This document shows, piece after piece, positions 62,289-64,000 of a DNA stretch of 64,000 nucleotides. How positions within the stretch are numbered: position 1 is the first letter of the stretch; each line of letters starts with the position of its first letter. A model generated the notes under the pieces. The model was not told the origin of the DNA. It made no database searches and worked only from the letters and a program-made list of their open reading frames with translations. The DNA comes from Fimicolochytrium jonesii (taxonomy: Eukaryota). Made by a program: the position numbers and the translations under genes. The stretch spans positions 1,674,001 to 1,738,000 of the forward strand of contig NW_026515669.1 in NCBI RefSeq assembly GCF_025526975.1, read 5' to 3'.

Positions 62289-63980
62289 ATGAGCATAACG
62301 TTGGATGGAACGCGGACTTGGGAGCCTGCGTTGACTGTCCCTCGGCTGTCAGGCCAAGCACCCAAAGGCTATCGCGGCATCGGGATTGTTGTGCCGACCG
62401 GTGAGCATAGCGATAAGCCCTTCACCAATTATCACCGGCCACATAGGAAAGCAGCCACTCAGGCCTCGCGGAGCGGTGAACCCCGAGATGTTGGGCTGGA
62501 TCGGCATCGCTACCTTCTCTACACTTCATTGGCCGCCGAAAAACTCGCTGCAGCGGAGGCGCATCCTGCACCACTCAAGCATGTCAACCCCGTCGCGGCG
62601 GCGATGGATCTGCCGTATCTGGACGCACACTCCAAACAGCAAGTCGTGAGAAAGCCTCCAAAACTGCCACCGATGCTTCAGTCGCAAGCGGAGGAGCTAA
62701 AGGAAATCCAAAGAATCGCTGCTAACATTGAGAAGAAGCAGGAGGAGGAAAGGAAGATGAAGGAGAAGCAGCTGCATCTTGAATTTGATCGTATGGTCCG
62801 CGCCGAAATGGGGCAGTATCAACACTCTACCGGAAATGTAATCTTTCACGAGATGCCTCAAACTGCTTTTGATCGTCACCTTCCACCGCCTTCGGATGAG
62901 CTGACCGTAATCTCTCATAAAACCCAATGGCTGAACACCGTGTCATCACAGAAAGGCGCGGTTGGGAGCAGCGCGATGGAGCAAAGAAAGACCGTCGTGA
63001 AGAGGCATGAGAATGAAAGGCATGGCCATGACAACTCGGATGAGGACCTGTTCATCGTCAGGACGGCCGAAACGGATGACGCTGACGAGAATGGGATGAA
63101 AAGTGTCTATAGCTTCGACTCGGATGTCTCTCACCTTTCGAAAGGAGATCGAAATAGTTCAGGCCGTCATCCGATGAGTGCTCAGACATCGAGGCCCGTG
63201 ACGCAGAGGACCAGTGCAGCTCGAAGATCCTATTACAGACAATCGACCGCGAAAAGGCCAAACCCAGCTGGATTGGGTGGTACTGGAAGCAATGAGAGTC
63301 CGACTGATGATGAAACGCAGACTTTATCTCGCTCGACCGTCCGTCTCTTGAAGAAGTTCACCCGTGAAGGAGTGGATGGAGCGCAGGCCATGGCACTCCC
63401 TTCGCGCAACATCGAGTCCCTCCTCCGGGTTACACTCACGGGCACTACATGGGATAGGGAACAGAGAACGGCGAGATACATCCCGTATGCCGTCGTTCCA
63501 AAATCGCCTCAGCCACCACCTGATGGAGCCGCACCGGATAAGGCCGCAGTCTCGGCAACCCCTTCGAGAAAGTCCCATCTTCCCACTCAGCGGCATCGGC
63601 GTGCCTACGAATTCTACAACCCAGTCATGTTCCAGCGTGCGATGCAAGCTTTAGAGGAGGGAAAATATGTTGAGGCCGGACAGCTCGCAAAAGCAGGAAC
63701 GCAGGCTCCTGTACGAGCAGATGAGATACAGTTACGTTTACCGAGTGCTCATGAGGCGAGGGATGACGATGATACATCAACCGTCACCGATGACCCATCG
63801 AACGACGGAACGGCCCAGCATGGGACAGGTGGTGGTGGAAACGGTAGTGGGCTTACCGATCCGCTCGCGGTGGACTTCAATATCAAGTTTCTACATAGTC
63901 TAAGTAAGGTGAGATACGCTTCCCTGAGGGATTTTCACGCCATCGACCTTCAACACCAACTCACCGCTACATTCGCTTGA
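62289..63980 (+). CDS. Hypothetical protein, low-complexity/coiled-coil; probably continues beyond the window
   Basis: 595-codon open frame with first ATG at 62289; probable splice donor AAG|GTGAGA near 63909; no family recognised. Confidence 0.7.
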   Translation: MSITLDGTRTWEPALTVPRLSGQAPKGYRGIGIVVPTGEHSDKPFTNYHRPHRKAATQASRSGEPRDVGLDRHRYLLYTSLAAEKLAAAEAHPAPLKHVNPVAAAMDLPYLDAHSKQQVVRKPPKLPPMLQSQAEELKEIQRIAANIEKKQEEERKMKEKQLHLEFDRMVRAEMGQYQHSTGNVIFHEMPQTAFDRHLPPPSDELTVISHKTQWLNTVSSQKGAVGSSAMEQRKTVVKRHENERHGHDNSDEDLFIVRTAETDDADENGMKSVYSFDSDVSHLSKGDRNSSGRHPMSAQTSRPVTQRTSAARRSYYRQSTAKRPNPAGLGGTGSNESPTDDETQTLSRSTVRLLKKFTREGVDGAQAMALPSRNIESLLRVTLTGTTWDREQRTARYIPYAVVPKSPQPPPDGAAPDKAAVSATPSRKSHLPTQRHRRAYEFYNPVMFQRAMQALEEGKYVEAGQLAKAGTQAPVRADEIQLRLPSAHEARDDDDTSTVTDDPSNDGTAQHGTGGGGNGSGLTDPLAVDFNIKFLHSLSKVRYASLRDFHAIDLQHQLTATFA

Positions 63981-64000
63981 ATGTATAGAAACCCGCTACT

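Overview
This is eukaryotic, intron-rich fungal genomic DNA. Gene content and style suggest an early-diverging, chytrid-like fungus (inference). The first ~9.2 kb is a nest of degraded mobile elements. It holds the 3' end and LTR of a chromodomain Ty3/Gypsy retrotransposon inserted into a Crypton tyrosine-recombinase gene. Next comes a 3.4-kb element with 62-bp CACT/GG terminal inverted repeats whose only gene is a frameshifted non-DDE protein with GIY-YIG-like and UDG-fold-like motifs. Last is a DD98E IS630/Tc1-mariner (Sailor-like) element sitting inside a MITE, next to a second MITE. A tRNA-Arg(CCT) gene closes the nest. The remainder is ordinary gene-dense sequence: PAB1, a Rossmann reductase, a zinc-finger-less ZPR1-like protein, a TDP2-like EEP nuclease, an MFS transporter, a BTB protein, a plant-type DUF579/GXM methyltransferase, DIM1, WDR24/RTC1, ADE6, a C2H2 transcription factor, a dienelactone hydrolase, a frameshifted HNH/Crinkler-like gene, an LRR-less Ccr4-like nuclease, JJJ1, a multi-exon TPR protein resembling the N-terminal domain of metazoan Nup358/RanBP2, and a partial hypothetical gene. 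All homology calls come from motif recognition by eye, and exon boundaries were inferred manually.
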